Of a DNA stretch of 64,000 nucleotides, positions 1 to 15,630 are shown in pieces (position 1 is the first letter of the stretch; every line of letters starts with the position of its first letter). The position numbers and the translations under genes are program-made. Below the pieces are notes generated by a model. It saw only the letters and a list, made by a program, of their open reading frames with translations, ran no database searches and was not told the origin of the DNA. Location of the stretch: NCBI GenBank assembly GCA_040954595.2, contig CM082593.2, positions 8,406,043 through 8,470,042 on the forward strand, given 5' to 3'. Source of the DNA: Balanoglossus misakiensis (Eukaryota > Animalia > Hemichordata).

Positions 1-474
1 AGACGCGTAAACTGAATCGCCCACACGCTGCTCTGCTCAGACAATCTACGCTGGAAATTCAATAGTTCTTTAGTAACCGCGTCACGTACTCGACGTATTT
101 TAAGCGTGCATATCATTTGTAGTCGTACCGATAAAACGTTCGCGCGAAAGGAAGGGCGGTAACTTATTACAGCAACCGACGATGATTTCACCAAACACTG
201 ATTCCTTCTGGTGTCAAACGTCAACGCCTTTCCCCCTTGAAGGCGAGGCCTATTCATTGCTCTGTGGCTTGAGGATGAAAACCCAAACATTTTCTGGATC
301 GCTAGATAGACCGTGTCGGTGACGTTGCTATGCAAGGGTAGGCTATGTCGAGTGGCAAGTGAGAAGAAAATGTTCCCCACAATAACAACACGCACCCACC
401 CACGCACACACACACGCAAGCAAGCAAGCATGAACGCAGTGGACGTGTGCCCATGTATTCATGTAGACCTATAC

Positions 475-526
475 ACATACATACATACATACATACATAC
501 ATACATACATACATACATACATACAT
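475..526. repeat. (CATA)n microsatellite
   Basis: Perfect tetranucleotide run; explains the MYVC/HTYI ORFs. Confidence 0.97.
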
Positions 527-2426
527 TGTACGCTTAGTTGTAAACCTAGGTAACAAGATAAATATGCATGCGTGTGCATGTTATAAAGAATGGCTGCCGT
601 TTACGTCATGAAACCTGGAGAAGTCGCTGATAGTAACAAACACGATTTGCAGCCGGCGATTGTGGCTAACGTTCTGGACGCGAGATTGTAACTGGTTATT
701 ATTACCTGGTTGCACCTCAAACGATTATCATAGCTGATAAGAATAAACATTTCCCTAAATACACGAAATGAAAACGGGCTGCAGTTATAATATCGACAAG
801 ATGCGTTAATTCGCAGCTCAGACAAAGTCGATCTGTTTTTGGCACAAGTTTTGTTTTCTGTTGTAGTCGTACATAGTATGGCAACTGTCGTTTAGCCTAA
901 AGCGTGAGTCTGGCTGTGCGTTTCTACTTGTTCCCAGATATCTTTGTTTGTGGTTCTTGCTTCGACGTGGGTGTAGAAACAGACAGCGATTATACATTGA
1001 TAATAACCCATGTCTAGTAATGCTGGGCCCATGTAGCTGGGGCGTGCAAGTACAGAAACGCATTCAAGTTTGGTATTAGGCCTATATGTATATCCCACAC
1101 TGTGTTAATGTGAGTCAAGAACGTGGAATATGTCAGTAAAGAGCGTGAAACTCTATTACAATTAAAACACTGAACTGCTCAAGCATACAATATATTTTTA
1201 ATTGGATTACACAGACACACGGACAGACAGGCACACACAGGCACAGACAGACAGACAGACAGACAGACACACACATACACACATTATATACATACATATA
1301 AATATATATTATTTACGAGTGGATGTAATGTGGTGGCTACAGCCAAGAGACGTACAGCTCAACCAATTTCGAATTCATGCTACCTTTAAGTCATAAATAT
1401 AGTATCTTTTTTTTTCTTTACAACCTCCCGCCATCCGCTTCATTAAGTATTCATAGCATGCGTACAGGAAATCATGATTCCGTAGTGGAGTGCCTTTATA
1501 ATATTTTACATCAGACCCTTGATCACCTGCGCAAAACACTCCCTAGTGACAGTGTCGCCATACGCCCAAAGAGAAAATCGTCCGATAAATTCGTTAACGG
1601 GGTGATGCGTGCGTGCTCCCAAGTACTATTGCTTTGAGGAAATTGCTCGCTGTGAACGTTTGAGTAATTTGACGCCCTAGTTCTTTATTAGATGTTTCGA
1701 ACGTGTCGTCTGCAAAATTAGAGAGTGAACCCAGAAGAAAGACCACGGCGGAAATGAAGCACAAATTAAACTGTGCGGCGACAGTAAACCACGACAAATT
1801 TTCCCGTGGAAGCGAACAGAGGGCCGTGTTTGATTGGAAGACGTGCTTAATTACATCGATGATTTGTGATACCATCCACAAAATTGACGGACAGAATTTC
1901 TCCAAAACGATCGGCAGTTGGTTTGCAGCACGTTAATTCAAGCATAAAATTACCAAGTTAAGGGGTATGGGGAATGGGAGCCGTTGCAGCGTGAATGAGC
2001 CGATCACTGGGATAGTACAATTGGTTCGCTTCTGTTCACCTCAGGCGATAACGCAACGCCTAATACTATTTCAATACAGACTTAGCGTCACAAATGGTAT
2101 TTAAGCTTTTCCCGCTCGAAAATATGTCGTATTAAAATTTTGTCGGACCATTGAATCCAATCATTGCCCGAAATTTCATTTTTTTACCCCCTGAGTATCA
2201 ACAGAAAGATAGCCAACAGTAAATAACGGAGAGGGATATTTCGAACTAATCAATGCGTGTTGACGTCAGAGGTTGGAATCGAGACTTTGTCACTTTGACG
2301 CACGAATGTGGCGTCTGAAATCTCTTCAAATGGCGTCAGGCTATTTCCAAGAAGAAAATTCGTCTGTATATGTTAAAGAAGCAACTAGAAAGTAAATGTA
2401 CTGATGGTTGGTTTGATGTATGTAGT

Positions 2427-2830
<404 letters not shown>

Positions 2831-5800
2831 CACTGGCAACCAGAGATTCTTGTTACAAGGTACAGCCTTGTTTTGCGATAATTGCAAATTTACAGGTGAA
2901 TCATATAAGACAGCGTCAACATATAGCGTGGCATTTTCAGTTCAGTTAAAACATTTTACAAATCAAATTCGGGTTTAGAAAGAAATAGAGTCGATTTCGT
3001 GTTATAATGTTGTGTCCCCCTGGCCCCGCCCTATGCATATTGCAATAAAAAGTATTTTCCAGTCGGTATATACCAGATTACCAACTTAGCCTATCCAACC
3101 AGCAGGATTCCAGTGGCGGGAAATCCAAATGAGAAATAAGTCAGACTTTATAAAAAGTCCGATATCATGAGAGAACACACACTCTCATGAAAAATTACTT
3201 TGTCTTCGTGAACATTTTCAAGAAAATTCAAAGCAAATAATAAACTTAACATTTTTCCTTGATCATTCAATACAGTAATTAGACAAACAAGGACGTTAAA
3301 GACAATGGATGATTTGCACTGAGCAACTATTCTTGTGTCACCAACATTTGTAGATCCGATTTTTTTCTTAACAAAACGGGGAAGGTCTAAGCTTGAAAAG
3401 TAGAACCGACGGTCGTTTCAGTCAACATAATCCAAAATCTTGAGTTAGTAGTACTCAGGCAAAAAAAGCGATTATTTCACAATCGTCACCCAAGAAAAAT
3501 TAAAAGTCATTAGTCTAATATGCTATAATTATAATTCTAAGAAAGTTAGAAAAATTCTGAGACTTCTTTTTTAGAACATATTCTTAAGTAGTTTGTGAAA
3601 TGTTGACGGACTTCGATCAAGAGTGCCAAAATGACAACAAAGAAAATGTTTCTTATTTCGCCAGGATTATAAGTTGATGAGCATAACACAGTTATATATA
3701 ATTAACAGTGACAATTATGCAACTTTTTATAGGCTCCACATAAATGCATCGTTGACAGCCGTGTGTATAAATTGTACACACATCAGCCGAGGTTTCTACA
3801 TTGACCTGGTTTTAGGGTTATTGGCCTGATAACAAATGGTGTTTGGGGCCAAAAATTGCCATTTGCACTTTTTAGAAAACATTTCTTTGTTGAAACCATT
3901 AACCGTTAACCAGGGCAGCGAAAGAAAATAGTCCACCCCAAAATGTAATGTAATAAGTATATACTATCAATTTACCAGGTGTATGTCCCATTTTATTTGG
4001 CTTTGTCTTAATTTTTTGTCCAATTCGAAATATACTTGCCCCTGCGATATTGGTCGCCATGGTAATATTATATTTCTTCAATTTTGAAAATATCGTACAC
4101 TATATTTTACCGACATGATACCGAATTTGGCACAAAGCCTTTGGGTACCAGACTTAAAAACGTAACCAGATGTATGTCCGTATTCAGGAGACGATACCCC
4201 AAAACTGACGACCTCGGGCGCCGATAATAACGACGTCTCCTCAACGACCCAATTAGAAGATATCATATGTGGGCAGACAGTGTACCGGTAATCCACGAGT
4301 AATATGCGTCGTCTTGTTAGCGCGCGTCCCCGCTTTTCCCGCCATCTCACCGCTATCGATTAACATTGTACATTAGAACCGCGCGTTGTTATTGAAATCG
4401 CTCTCTTTTGCCTATATTTTTATATGGCCAGTATTGAAAGCGTACTGTCTTTGTCGGCTTCTTTACCTCGGCTCGTCCGCTATCACCAATCTGCCGTTAT
4501 TATCTCCCTATCTCCACACGCGACTTTATAATTTTTTTCCCTGACAATACGTATTGCCTATGGCAGGTTGAACTAAACCGCAATACGTATCAAGTTTCTC
4601 GTCGGGTTTATCAGCCGAACGTGCTCAGAAACGGGATCCGGTTTCGACTTACCCTGTCTCAAATTTCATTTTCGCTTCGATTTTCTCCGTTTTATGCGAG
4701 AGACATTCTGTGCCCTGGCTGATCGACGTCAGCAAATAAAAACAGAGGCTGCAATTGGGAGTATGAGAAGCGTGGTTGTTATCGCCCGCGCGCTGAAAAT
4801 AACGAGGCCATTTATGGCACGCCGTCACGCAGCAGAAGTTATCGACTAAAATCCTAATGACCTAGACTGAACGGTAGTAAAATGTGACACATCAATATCG
4901 ATTTATCCCCGGAAAATTGCAATTGATGCCACCAACTAAACCACGCTGTCTCCGATCGGCAACGCAGCACTCGCCGATCCAGGAAACGACCAACCTCCCT
5001 CGACAAATCACCACAATGCGCGAGTTTCGCGGATTTACGACTGGGCGGATGTTCGTATTGACGTTGCAAAAGTACAACGCAAAGCGACTCGGGGACGAAG
5101 AGTGCGAGACAGTGTTGTTGTTCATACGCAAAATAGACGCTGAATTGGGTTTTTTACGATGCACGAAAGAAAATGCAAATATGGAGCGAGTCAACACAAA
5201 CATTCTGAACATCAAAAGCAGGCTTAATAGCTATTTAGGGAGTTGACATAATTTATAGGGGGCAGTGTGAACGATGATCGATGGGGCAGTGACGATAGCG
5301 CGCCATAATAACTGCAAACGTGTATTTCAAATATGCCCCGTACCGCCTGACTCAACCTTACAACAGGAATGCGTCGTTTGCCGAGTTGATAGTTGAGTTG
5401 CACGTCTCTTGGGATGGGCTTGAGTTAACGGATCCAACAAATTATTCCACCATGTATTCTCGTTAGATGCGTGCGCAAATAGATGAGACAAGCGTTTAAA
5501 TTTTGCTTCCTCACCACGCATTATTAAAGGGCATAGACAAAATTAACAGGGGATAGACCTTGTGTTGATTGCGTGCAAATGTGGATCCACGAAAAACAGT
5601 GATCCTCCCTCGAGCTGCCCTTACGATGATATTGTTTTAGCTCAAATGCTTAAATTGAGGCGTATGGCATCTCCATAGAAACAAAAATAAAACCACACAC
5701 TTGTAACTACATGTATGCATATTTCCAGCGTTTATCGACAGTAGAAACAGACAATCTCTGCGCACCCTATAGAATAAGGACATCGTGTTTACGTGTCTAT

Positions 5801-6682
5801 GAAAAGTTGTCGCCTCTTCGACTGCAGTAACGGAAACATCTATAAACCTCTAGTGGTATAAACTCTATATTTGCATTCTGGTGAGGTCACAACACGGTCA
5901 CTCATGATTACGCATACGTCAGACCTATCACATAACTATTTTTATATGACATAGTATAGGACCATTATTATGCTAAGTATGGTTCTTGATTTTTCATTGG
6001 CAAGCAAACGGTTACACCGTACCAGATACATCACCACCACCACCACCGTACCACCACCGCCACCACAATAAACACCAGCACCGACAAACAGGCCATTTCC
6101 TTAAATTTCCAGTACAATGACTGGGAGAAGGCCACTACGCCCGCATTAGCGTCAACATAAACATAGTGATGGTGTTTAATCTGATGACAGTGAACACCCT
6201 GGTCGTTGCAGCGTGCGATGTGTTGGCTGATATTAAATGAACAAATACACGCCTCTGTGAGTGCTACACAATTGTTGATATTCAATGGGACAGTGTTAGT
6301 CATATCGCTACCGAAATGAAAACTTACACGGATATTACACATGAATACTTCCTTCATTTAATTTTTGGTCAATACGAAAAATTATATTGCACAAGTATTT
6401 TATGTTATATCCTAGTACTGTGTGAGAGATGAGTTGTAACAACTGGTCATTTAACATGTTTCAGAGAGCAGAATGACACAAATAGCCTATCTAAAGAAAT
6501 ACAAAAATGACTTCACATTGTTCCTTTAAAGTACATGTATTACATGTATTGTTGCTATTTGAATTTCTGCCAGGACTATAATTCTTTTGCCAAAAATAAC
6601 ATTTCTGGTGTATGGTGGTGACAATAGGCTGAATATTGGCCATGTCAACCTGTTGTGGGGAGTAGGACAAGAGGCAATCTGT

Positions 6683-6763
6683 TTAAAATCAGATGTAGGG
6701 AACGGCGACGTGTTTTTTTATGCTGTCGCCTCACACGTCGCCGTTCCCTACATCTGATTTTAA
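6683..6763. repeat. Perfect 31-bp inverted repeat (hairpin) with TTAA at both ends
   Basis: ttaaaatcagatgtagggaacggcgacgtgt ... acacgtcgccgttccctacatctgattttaa with a 19-nt loop. Confidence 0.9.
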
Positions 6764-9700
6764 TCATATTGGACAAGAAGGTACAGTTACTGTCCTTTTT
6801 CAGGGATCGGCAGTTACTGAACAGCAGAAGTTCAAGTTGACATCACATTTTGCCGCGATGTGAACTGCTCGACGCTCTGTTACTTTAATCTTTCCTGGGT
6901 GCGATATGATCTCCCAAAAGACGGCTTTGTGGCAGGGTTCAGAACCTCACGTGGCTAACTTGTACTTCCCCACGTAGAAATGGTTTGTTCTTCCGTTGCC
7001 GATATCATCTGTGTCTGATGATGGAAACGCCTCTCCAGAGAACACTATCCGGGGGAGTTGGCAATAATCTTCAATAACCAACAGAGGGAGGCGACTCGAC
7101 CTCGTTTATTCTCTGTGAAGAATCCTGCAGGCGGCGTGGAAAATTCGGAAATGGCTGACGTTTATTAACATGACATCACGGTAGCTGATCGACCAGACAG
7201 TGAACCATCCAAGTTGAGGGTCTTGTCAACACTGCCTGTACATGTCGAAACGTCCATGTTTGCGTGTCGCAGTAAGCAAACCACAATGCATGCTGCGTGA
7301 CGACTTGGAAAACCGTGGCGGCAGAAATGCAAATATTACATTGCTAATGCTGCTTCGTTTCAAATACGGTGGACATAAAAATATTAAGCTGAATATGAAT
7401 AATAAAATGATTATGTCGTTAAAGTACGTGGCACGGTTGAAGTTTGTTTAACTTCACGCATACTGGCATACAAGTCACGTGACAACAAAGCGTGAAATGA
7501 CTGAAGTAGGTTGGAAATATTACGGTTACTTATAAAGATTGCTTTTCAAACACATGCATCGCAGGTTTCATGTTATTTTTCTTAGAAGTTTCTTAGAATC
7601 ATCGATATAGCTGACAGCTTCCCATGTCCGTGGTCTAGATATTAATATTCTGTTCTAAATGTTTTTATGGATTTTATTTGTCACAGCACGCATGTCCACA
7701 AAAAGACGAGCGGCTAAAATAAAGTCGCGTGGGTGTTATCTGGACGGATTTGGCTGCCGCGAAAACTCGCCCTGGAGGCGTGCACGGCAACTTTCCTTAC
7801 CGTTAAACGTTTGTATTAGACCACGTCGCACAGAAGAAACGTTCAATCAATTTATTACTCAGCTAAAAAGTATAACGTACCAACGAACGGACACTGACGT
7901 AAAAGTACGCAACCCGAGCGGCTACAGCCACGCTCGTAAATTGTCTTTGAAGTGTCGACCGAAGGTCAGACCGTGTGTTGGGAGGTTTCCAACATCCCGC
8001 TGAGACTAGACCGGAACCACAAACACACGCAAGGAAGACATATAAATTTTCCGCGCAGAATTGCTTGCCCGTCATGTGCAAGGCATGTACCGTTTCCACG
8101 ACCACAATTAATCATAGATATACGAGCAGATCGAGTCATTTACGGTGAGTCGCTCGGATAATAGCCACTCCTAAAGTCTTAAAGAGATTCCAGCGAAGAA
8201 AAGTTATCGAACGAGGAGCCGCCATAAATAACTTCCACTCTCTAACTTGAACTGAGAAATAAAGCAATTGCAACGCCAACGTCGATCGTAATATGCGTAG
8301 GATTATTCTGAGAATCGATCATTCTGAGCAGACGTTCTTCACTTTCAAATCTGTGGTTGACTCGCAACCGCCACATCACTGACACTGGGGGGAATTATAT
8401 ACAGAGGTTACCACAAGAACCATGTGTAGTGCAACCATGGTCACTTGATCATCAAACATTGGGATTTTTTTCAAAAACCAATTAACGACGACCGGGCTTC
8501 TGTCTGCAGCGCTGCAATTTGTATCTATGCCACACCACGTGACTGAGCTGTCTATGCTTTCCGCAGTATGTGCATGCATGCGTGAAGAACGAAATTGTTA
8601 GCAGCCATGCGTAGATGGGTGAACGTAGCCGGCTGGCGTGCAGTGCATGTTAAATAGTCTGATTGTAGTCTCCAAGGCCTTTGCAAGCAAGACGACACCG
8701 CTATATTGGTGCGTTGTCGACCTTTCACGTCTCCTGTATAGACAATTACCCGACCAGGCAACAATGCCAGAGAGACGTCGTCGCGGCCATCAAGTCTCTA
8801 ATCCAGCTGTTTATCCCACTTCGAAGGTTACAGACACGTATTTTTTGTGCAAAAACACCCACCGTGCGCAATAATTAAACGTTCTCCTAGCTGCCTCTAG
8901 TTTTATCGTTTTGAAAAATCACACGTAATAAAAAATAATTAACTATAAATTATTATTATGGATTTTAACAGAACGTCCAGTAAGGGGAGAGACCAAGACA
9001 TCTACATTTCTGTATTCCTACCTGGAGCTGAAGACATTTACCTTTAGAGGTTTCGAACGTACCCAGGATCAGGTTTCTACGCTGAAAGGCTCAGCTTTCC
9101 AGTTCAAATAGTCGACTGAATTTAAAACCACCCAAAGCATGCTTCGGAAGCAATCTCTGAAGTCTATGTACAGTCACATTCGTGCGTGTGGTTTGACGGC
9201 GGTGAGGAACGGGCGACATTTGACACGTTCGTGTCAATTGACGCACACGCGTTGTGGCGCGACTTTCATCAGAGCGCAGGGGTAACGGAAAGGGCATTTA
9301 GAAAGAGGAGAACCGCCACGGGCACATTGAGAGTGGCGTCTCGCAAAACACGCCGCCGCCTCCATTCAACACGACGTGCATAAAACAGAAGAGTTATGGG
9401 CAAGCGACGTGGCCGACGACGACGCGGCGCAGGGCAGAGAAGAAACGCATGAAAAGAGGACCTTGGTTTTTAACTCATTTGGTTTTCAAACTGAATATAA
9501 CGAAAACGACATTTCCGTGTAATCTGAGAAAGAAGTGGAACCTGAACGCTACAGATATAATATGACATGGAATGAAATAATCATATCAGGATGGATGTCG
9601 TGACAAAACTGTTCGCGTGCTAGTATAGAGCGACAAACTGCACGCAATGTGGGCATTGGATGGCACAATTTACAGACTAATGTCTATTCCCCACGGTACC

Positions 9701-10999
9701 TTTGAAAACAACCAAATATTAATGAGTGGAGGTTAGGAAAAAAATGGCAAAATATCAGAAATGATAAGGGCGAAAGCGTCACATATTTTTTTCGCATAAA
9801 ACTAAATATTTCCTGCTGACATTGACTGCACTATAAAATATGGCTTTGTACTTATAATTTCAGAGTACTATTTTGGCACAGACAACTCCTGCCATATTAA
9901 CTTATTTTATTTTCTCCTAGGCCCTAAATCCGTGTGGAACAGCCCAACCCCCCCCCCCCCCGCCCTTCCTACGTCGCGAATGACAATTGTTTGGGAGAAA
10001 ACGAGCGCCGTCGTCTCGTCTTGTTCCACGGTCGAATTAATCAGTTTTGATTGATCCCCGCAGGAGGCATCTATCATTGCGTCCACCAGGAAACGGAGAT
10101 CCAACCAACGCACCGGCGCGAACGCCTCGTCTCCATGGCAACCGTCGGGGGAATGATGAACGGCGGTCGAAAGGTTCAGCTCGGTGATAACGTGATTTGG
10201 TGCAAATATCGATGGCACGAACCTCTCCTCATTACGATAATTGGTAGACTGAAATTTAATCACCGTAAATTGTAGATAGGTAGTCGACCATGAACAACGG
10301 TACGAATATTTATTATAGTTGGTGATTGGAAAGCGGCAAGTGTGTCGCTTTGCTTATCGCCTTATGCAGTTCATCAACATGTGCGTGTCTTACACAGGAA
10401 TATGGCTGCCCATGTCACTATTCGAACGGCACACAACTATAACTTGCTGAATGACTAAAGGGGAAAGTTAACAGTACAGATTTTCGCACTTTCTTTCAAC
10501 CCCCCCCCCTCTATTGATTTCCCCACTGCTAAAACCGCATTCTTCACGTGATCAAAACGATATCAGACAACGTCATCATGATGCGTTGCAGGGGACGCAA
10601 ATCAGTTCCAGATGCGACTGCCTCTAACGAGTTGCCAGATGGGTGAAATGAAATAAGATAGATGCTTTACGATTATTCACGTAAAGAGATGTCGTTCGGT
10701 GGCTTGTTGGGGCTCAGTTTCTCGTTGGAGAGCAAATCATCTTTGATGATACAGATACAGCGTACAATAGCGAATGACAGAATGGCCCAAGTGACACTAC
10801 ACGTTGATGCAAATAGGCGACTATCATCGATTTGAAGAAAACGTTTCGTGAGATAGAGGCATGAGATAAAAGAAGCTGAACTATTAATGGGTGACCTATG
10901 GAAACACCTAACACACTGCAGCGATTAGATTGTCCTGGCGATGAAGGGCAGTAAAGGCTTCCATAACAGAAGAACGCATTTTATGATCAGTTTATGTTT

Positions 11000-11312
11000 A
11001 TCTATAGAACTGTGTTTTTTTACCATAGACCCTCTACGTGATAGAACAACCGTGGTTTTAACCATCATGTGATAGACCTTATGTGTGACAGAGCGAATGT
11101 GGTTGTTGTCATATAGACCTTCTTTGTCAAAAGTGTGACTACCGACGGCTTTTACCATAGACCCTCTATGTGAAAGAGCGACTATGGCTTTACCATAGAC
11201 CCTCTATGGTACACAGCTTCCATGTTTTTTATGTGAAAGAACGTTAACGACTATGGCTCTTACCACAGATTACCATAGACTATCTGCGTGACAGAGCGAC
11301 TGTGGTTTTTAC
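11000..11312. repeat. Degenerate ~38-40 bp minisatellite
   Basis: Repeated ccatagaccctctatgtga(t/c/a)agagcgact(g/a)tgg(t/c)tttta-like units, roughly 7 copies. Confidence 0.8.
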
Positions 11313-11934
11313 GACTCATTTATAATATCCAACGGTACAATATAAAAAGTCTTTACACACGAGTCAACTGTTTGTCCATCTGCCTGTCTGCCCGTTTGTC
11401 TGTCTGTCTGTCTGTCTGTCTGTATGTCCACGTCTTTGTCAGTCCCTCAGTTGGAAACCTCAAGTTATACCAACTGAAGGGAATGGAATCGACTGTGGTA
11501 AGCCCACATATATTATGTTACCGACAAAAATATCATTGCTAAATGTTTCCTGGTGTGGTTTGCACAATTTATGCTAGTTAATTTTGAGTAAAAATCAGAC
11601 TTTCTCTGTCGCAATGACATCTTACTGTCATCAGTCCCGTGTCGTCCACGGACGTTTTGATTGATTGAGTAAAGTCAGTTCATGTGAAAATAAACGCCGC
11701 CATTTTCTAGTAACCAAACACTGCAGGTAACTCAAGTTGGCCTTTTAAAATGTTGAGTTTCACTGATATCTGAAGGATACGCAATCAACTCGATGTGAAC
11801 GGAAATCAGTGTCTCTGACAAGTTCGTGTGTTATCAAGCCCAGACCCCATGCTGCCGAGGCTAACAAAACAGCAACACTACCGGCCAATATATTACGTTC
11901 TTGGAAGAAAATCGAAACTGTATTACTTAATTAA

Positions 11935-12255
11935 AGGCCCGACTATCGAATTATGCGCATGTGCATAATTTCGTGCGTACAAACATTACGTCCAATCCAA
12001 ATATTCTGCAAAGTTTGCGTTCGACGCATCCAAATATTCGCTTTCTTTTTATTTCATGCGCACCGTATAAGTAGACTTTTATTTTGTCCTTTCTTTTCAC
12101 CCAATATGGTTTCTTTTCCGATCTCTGACACGGACTATGATCGCCGCCATCTTGTCTGTTGTTAGGTCAGCACACTGCCTTATGCGATTGACTGTACGCA
12201 ATTTCTGTAACCAGAGTCTCTGGTTTTGCACACGCGCATAAGACAATGGTCGCCC
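11935..12255. mobile_element. TTAA-flanked MITE (Kolobok-like), degenerate TIRs
   Basis: ttaa|AGGCCCGACTATCGAATTATGCGCATGTGCA ... TGCACACGCGCATAAGACAATGGTCGCCC|ttaa. Confidence 0.55.
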
Positions 12256-13259
12256 TTAAACATTCTATAGAAGTGATATTATTTTTCTCCTTGCATCTTC
12301 AAAAAAGTTCGCTGATGAAATTGACGCATAGTATCCACCAAAGCAGTAAGATCTGATGAATCATGTGACAACTAATATTGTCGCTATTGAGCCAATGGTT
12401 AATTTGCACATTAAATGAATTCCTGTAATTAGAGATATTTATTTCGGAATTGCTGTACCAAATTGGATACAATTTCATAAAATATTGATCTATCCCAGAT
12501 ATGTTAGCACCGAGAGCAGCTAGACATTTGACAGTGTCATGTAACTACTGTGCGTAACTTGCGAGAAAGCTTTTTTATGACGTAATATGATTTGATTAAT
12601 CCTATAATTTGTATAGTTTCTATTCGGTTTTGCTTCGGCGTAAGACGTTTGTGTGATAATGATAGCAGTGCGGAATTTTCGCTGTGTGACCGACTTGAAA
12701 TGATTTCACACAGAAGCAATTCACAATGCTTTTTATAACAATAATCTGTATGGAAAGGCAGTTTGATCAGAATTCGTACGTTGACATGAATATGACATGT
12801 TTCTTGCTTTAAGAAATATTACATTTTTTCTACGGTCACAAAATCAGTGTCAGATTACCTATCGGGTAAAGACATATAAAAACCAGATAGACTAATGACA
12901 ATGCTGGTTAGAATTTTGCCCTCGCTATACAGTTGATGAAATTAACTGGAGGAATTAAAGAGAGCTCGAAGACCGACAAAGGTGTCACAGTGTTACTTTC
13001 GAACAGACATGGTCGACATGTGCTTAGAAACAGACCCAATTTTTAACTTAATGAATTACACAGTAACAATGCGTCTCGAGATGGAGGACAAATAAGTTTA
13101 GAACTATTTGGAAGAATTTGGAATAACTGCAGAATATTGCATACTGGTTGCAAAACAACGTGGATGATTGCGAATCGGCAAGGCTGAGAGAATCCCACAG
13201 ATAGAATTTTTTTCACACATAATATCCAAATTGTTGTGGTGTATAGTGTATATAGAAAT

Positions 13260-13372
13260 TATACATACATACATACATACATACATACATACATACATAC
13301 ATACATACATACATACATACATACATACATACATACATACATACATACATACATACATACATACATACATAC
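13260..13372. repeat. (TACA)n microsatellite
   Basis: Perfect tetranucleotide run. Confidence 0.97.
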
Positions 13373-15450
13373 GTGCCAAATTTTAGAAAATTAAAAAGGC
13401 TTTGATTCAAGCTTTATCACTCGATTTTACTTTGACGTGATTACACGTCCATGTCTACCATTCATTTCAGTGATAGCAAATTTTGCCATCGTTTATGGCA
13501 ACGAATTCCTCTAACGGACTGATTAAGATCGACGGCTTTTAGTACGGCTAATCGCACTGAAGCGCTACAAATCGTTGCATTTCACGTCACGAAATATCGC
13601 TGCGAGACGCGCGATTTGGTCTGTGACGTCACTAGTCACTGCCTTCCTGACTGCCTGCCTGCGCCGACAGCTTACCTGTCACGCACGAAAATGGCGTGTC
13701 AGTTGACGTGAGTTCAATCTATCTCAGGGACGTAGGTACTACTGCCACGACGTGATCAGCCTACTTGAAAAGCCATGGCGATGTAAGTTGAGTCGTGTCT
13801 TTTGTGGTCGTGTGAACGAGACGGCTGGCGTTCGCGTGGTTTTGCAATTAAAACTGCTGTCAACGACCTTACAGCGGTTGAATTATCGAACTCAAAGCAG
13901 TCCCGCATGTAGCGTGGTAAGAGTTAAGACCCTATACTGCCCTCACTGGCACGTTTTCTCTTCAGCCGATATGTTACCGACAAAGACCACACTTCAGAAC
14001 ATCCGATCGATCTATCAGCTTTGACTGCTCCGTGAATTCCAAGTGTTGAAACAGTAGAAACGTACCCTACTTGATTTGACGGTAGATCCGTTCTGCCAAG
14101 TCTTACAGTCACGGGGGCAAAACACGTCTATTAAAAATCCACGGCCCACGTCAACCGCTGGCTTGCCTCCTCAGGTTTATGCCAAAGGTAAAAGGTTGAC
14201 AGAATGATCGGTGAAAAGACTATAGAGCTGACAACACACACGTGGCGATGCTACTCCCAATATGACACGAGTCAAGCAACACTGATTTTCAGTTGTTGAT
14301 TTTTCGTGACAAGAAAAAAACCGACTGCGCATGCAACGGCCTATCAGGCCATATGTTTCGCTATATGATTACAAATTTGTCCAATCAAATGCCAAAAAGT
14401 ACAGTACACTCAAGCTGGTAATCTATCACATGTCGAGGTGGGCGTATAAATCCGACACATATTGTAGGGATACTACTACATCCTCCAGTTGGAAGTTGAC
14501 TAACTTAAAACAGACTCAAGGTATTCTCTTAAAGCCCCAGTAATGCTATATTTTTCAGAATTTTTCTCCAATGTATCAACTCCAGTTTCTTCTTCTACTC
14601 TGGGTAGCTTTATGAAGTTTTCAGTCTTCAGCTTTTTTACAAAGCCTGTACATGATGAGTAAGGGACACTGTTATTGCTGACAAATAAATTCATGTCCGG
14701 ACTTAAATCCAGTCTTCAACAATAACAATGATGATTACAAAATGTTGAAAAACCAAATACTGATCAATTATTTATGTTTCACAGAATAGAACAAGAAATC
14801 ATAGTTGATACACAAAACCATAATACTAAGAAAATAGCCCATGGGTGCGAGCTATTGGGGCTTTAATTTATATGCATAGATTGGCATTTTAACACGTTAT
14901 CTAATTACTAAATGTATATAGGATGTCCTTATGATAGTTTCCGATAGTCTGAAAGTACAAATGTAGAGGACCATGATTGAGCAAAAGGGGAAATAAATGT
15001 TGGAGGTCGTGAGGGACATGGTTTCCAAACTTACTAAATTACTCAAATTTGCCAAAAGAAATTTGAGAAAATCTCAGATGGTAAGCCTTTTCGTACGTGC
15101 TGCATTATAGAAAATGAAAAAAAGTATTCATTTACTTTCGATAAATACTGTAATAAGCAAGCGAAAGGACTTCCAGAGGTTTACTGATAGTAAATAGTCT
15201 TTAGGCAAGTACTAACAGGATACCCACATGATCAATCTTTGGGAGTGTATGTGTATAAGTGTATAATTTGTCCGGTAATTATTAGACAAATCTCGTAAAT
15301 TACGACTTTTAAAACTCGTTATTACAAAATTACAAACTTGTTATTACGCCGTTTTGACGTATCGTTTTTGAGGTTTTACGAGATAAAGATCTTGGCCTTG
15401 TTCTTCTGAGATCTTCATTTTCCAACTGATCTTATATACTAGAACGTTAA

Positions 15451-15630
15451 AGGGACAAAGTCTCTCTCTCGCTGCCCTTTTTTCCATTAATTATGTTTGA
15501 TACAAGACACCGTTTATGTTAATGTACATGTGGATACATAGTGAATCAACGTTCGACCACACACAACTTCCATCTCACTTGTAGACACGAGATTGAAAAA
15601 TTCGCCAAAATGAATAATCAGTCTCTACCG
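15451..15630. mobile_element. One-ended copy of the TTAA-flanked MITE family at 28780-29109
   Basis: ttaa|AGGGACAAAGTCTCTCTCTCGCTGCCC...ccattaattatgtttgatacaagacac...gaatcaacgttcgaccacacacaact matches the left arm at 28780. Confidence 0.8.

Noticed and set aside
4884-5246. 120-aa ORF with a helical-looking C-terminus
   Set aside because: No recognisable motif, non-ATG start and no supporting exon chain.
6775-8830. Exon-like segments near 6775-7130 (minus) and 8741-8825 (plus)
   Set aside because: Plausible AG/GT sites but no identifiable peptide or partner exons.
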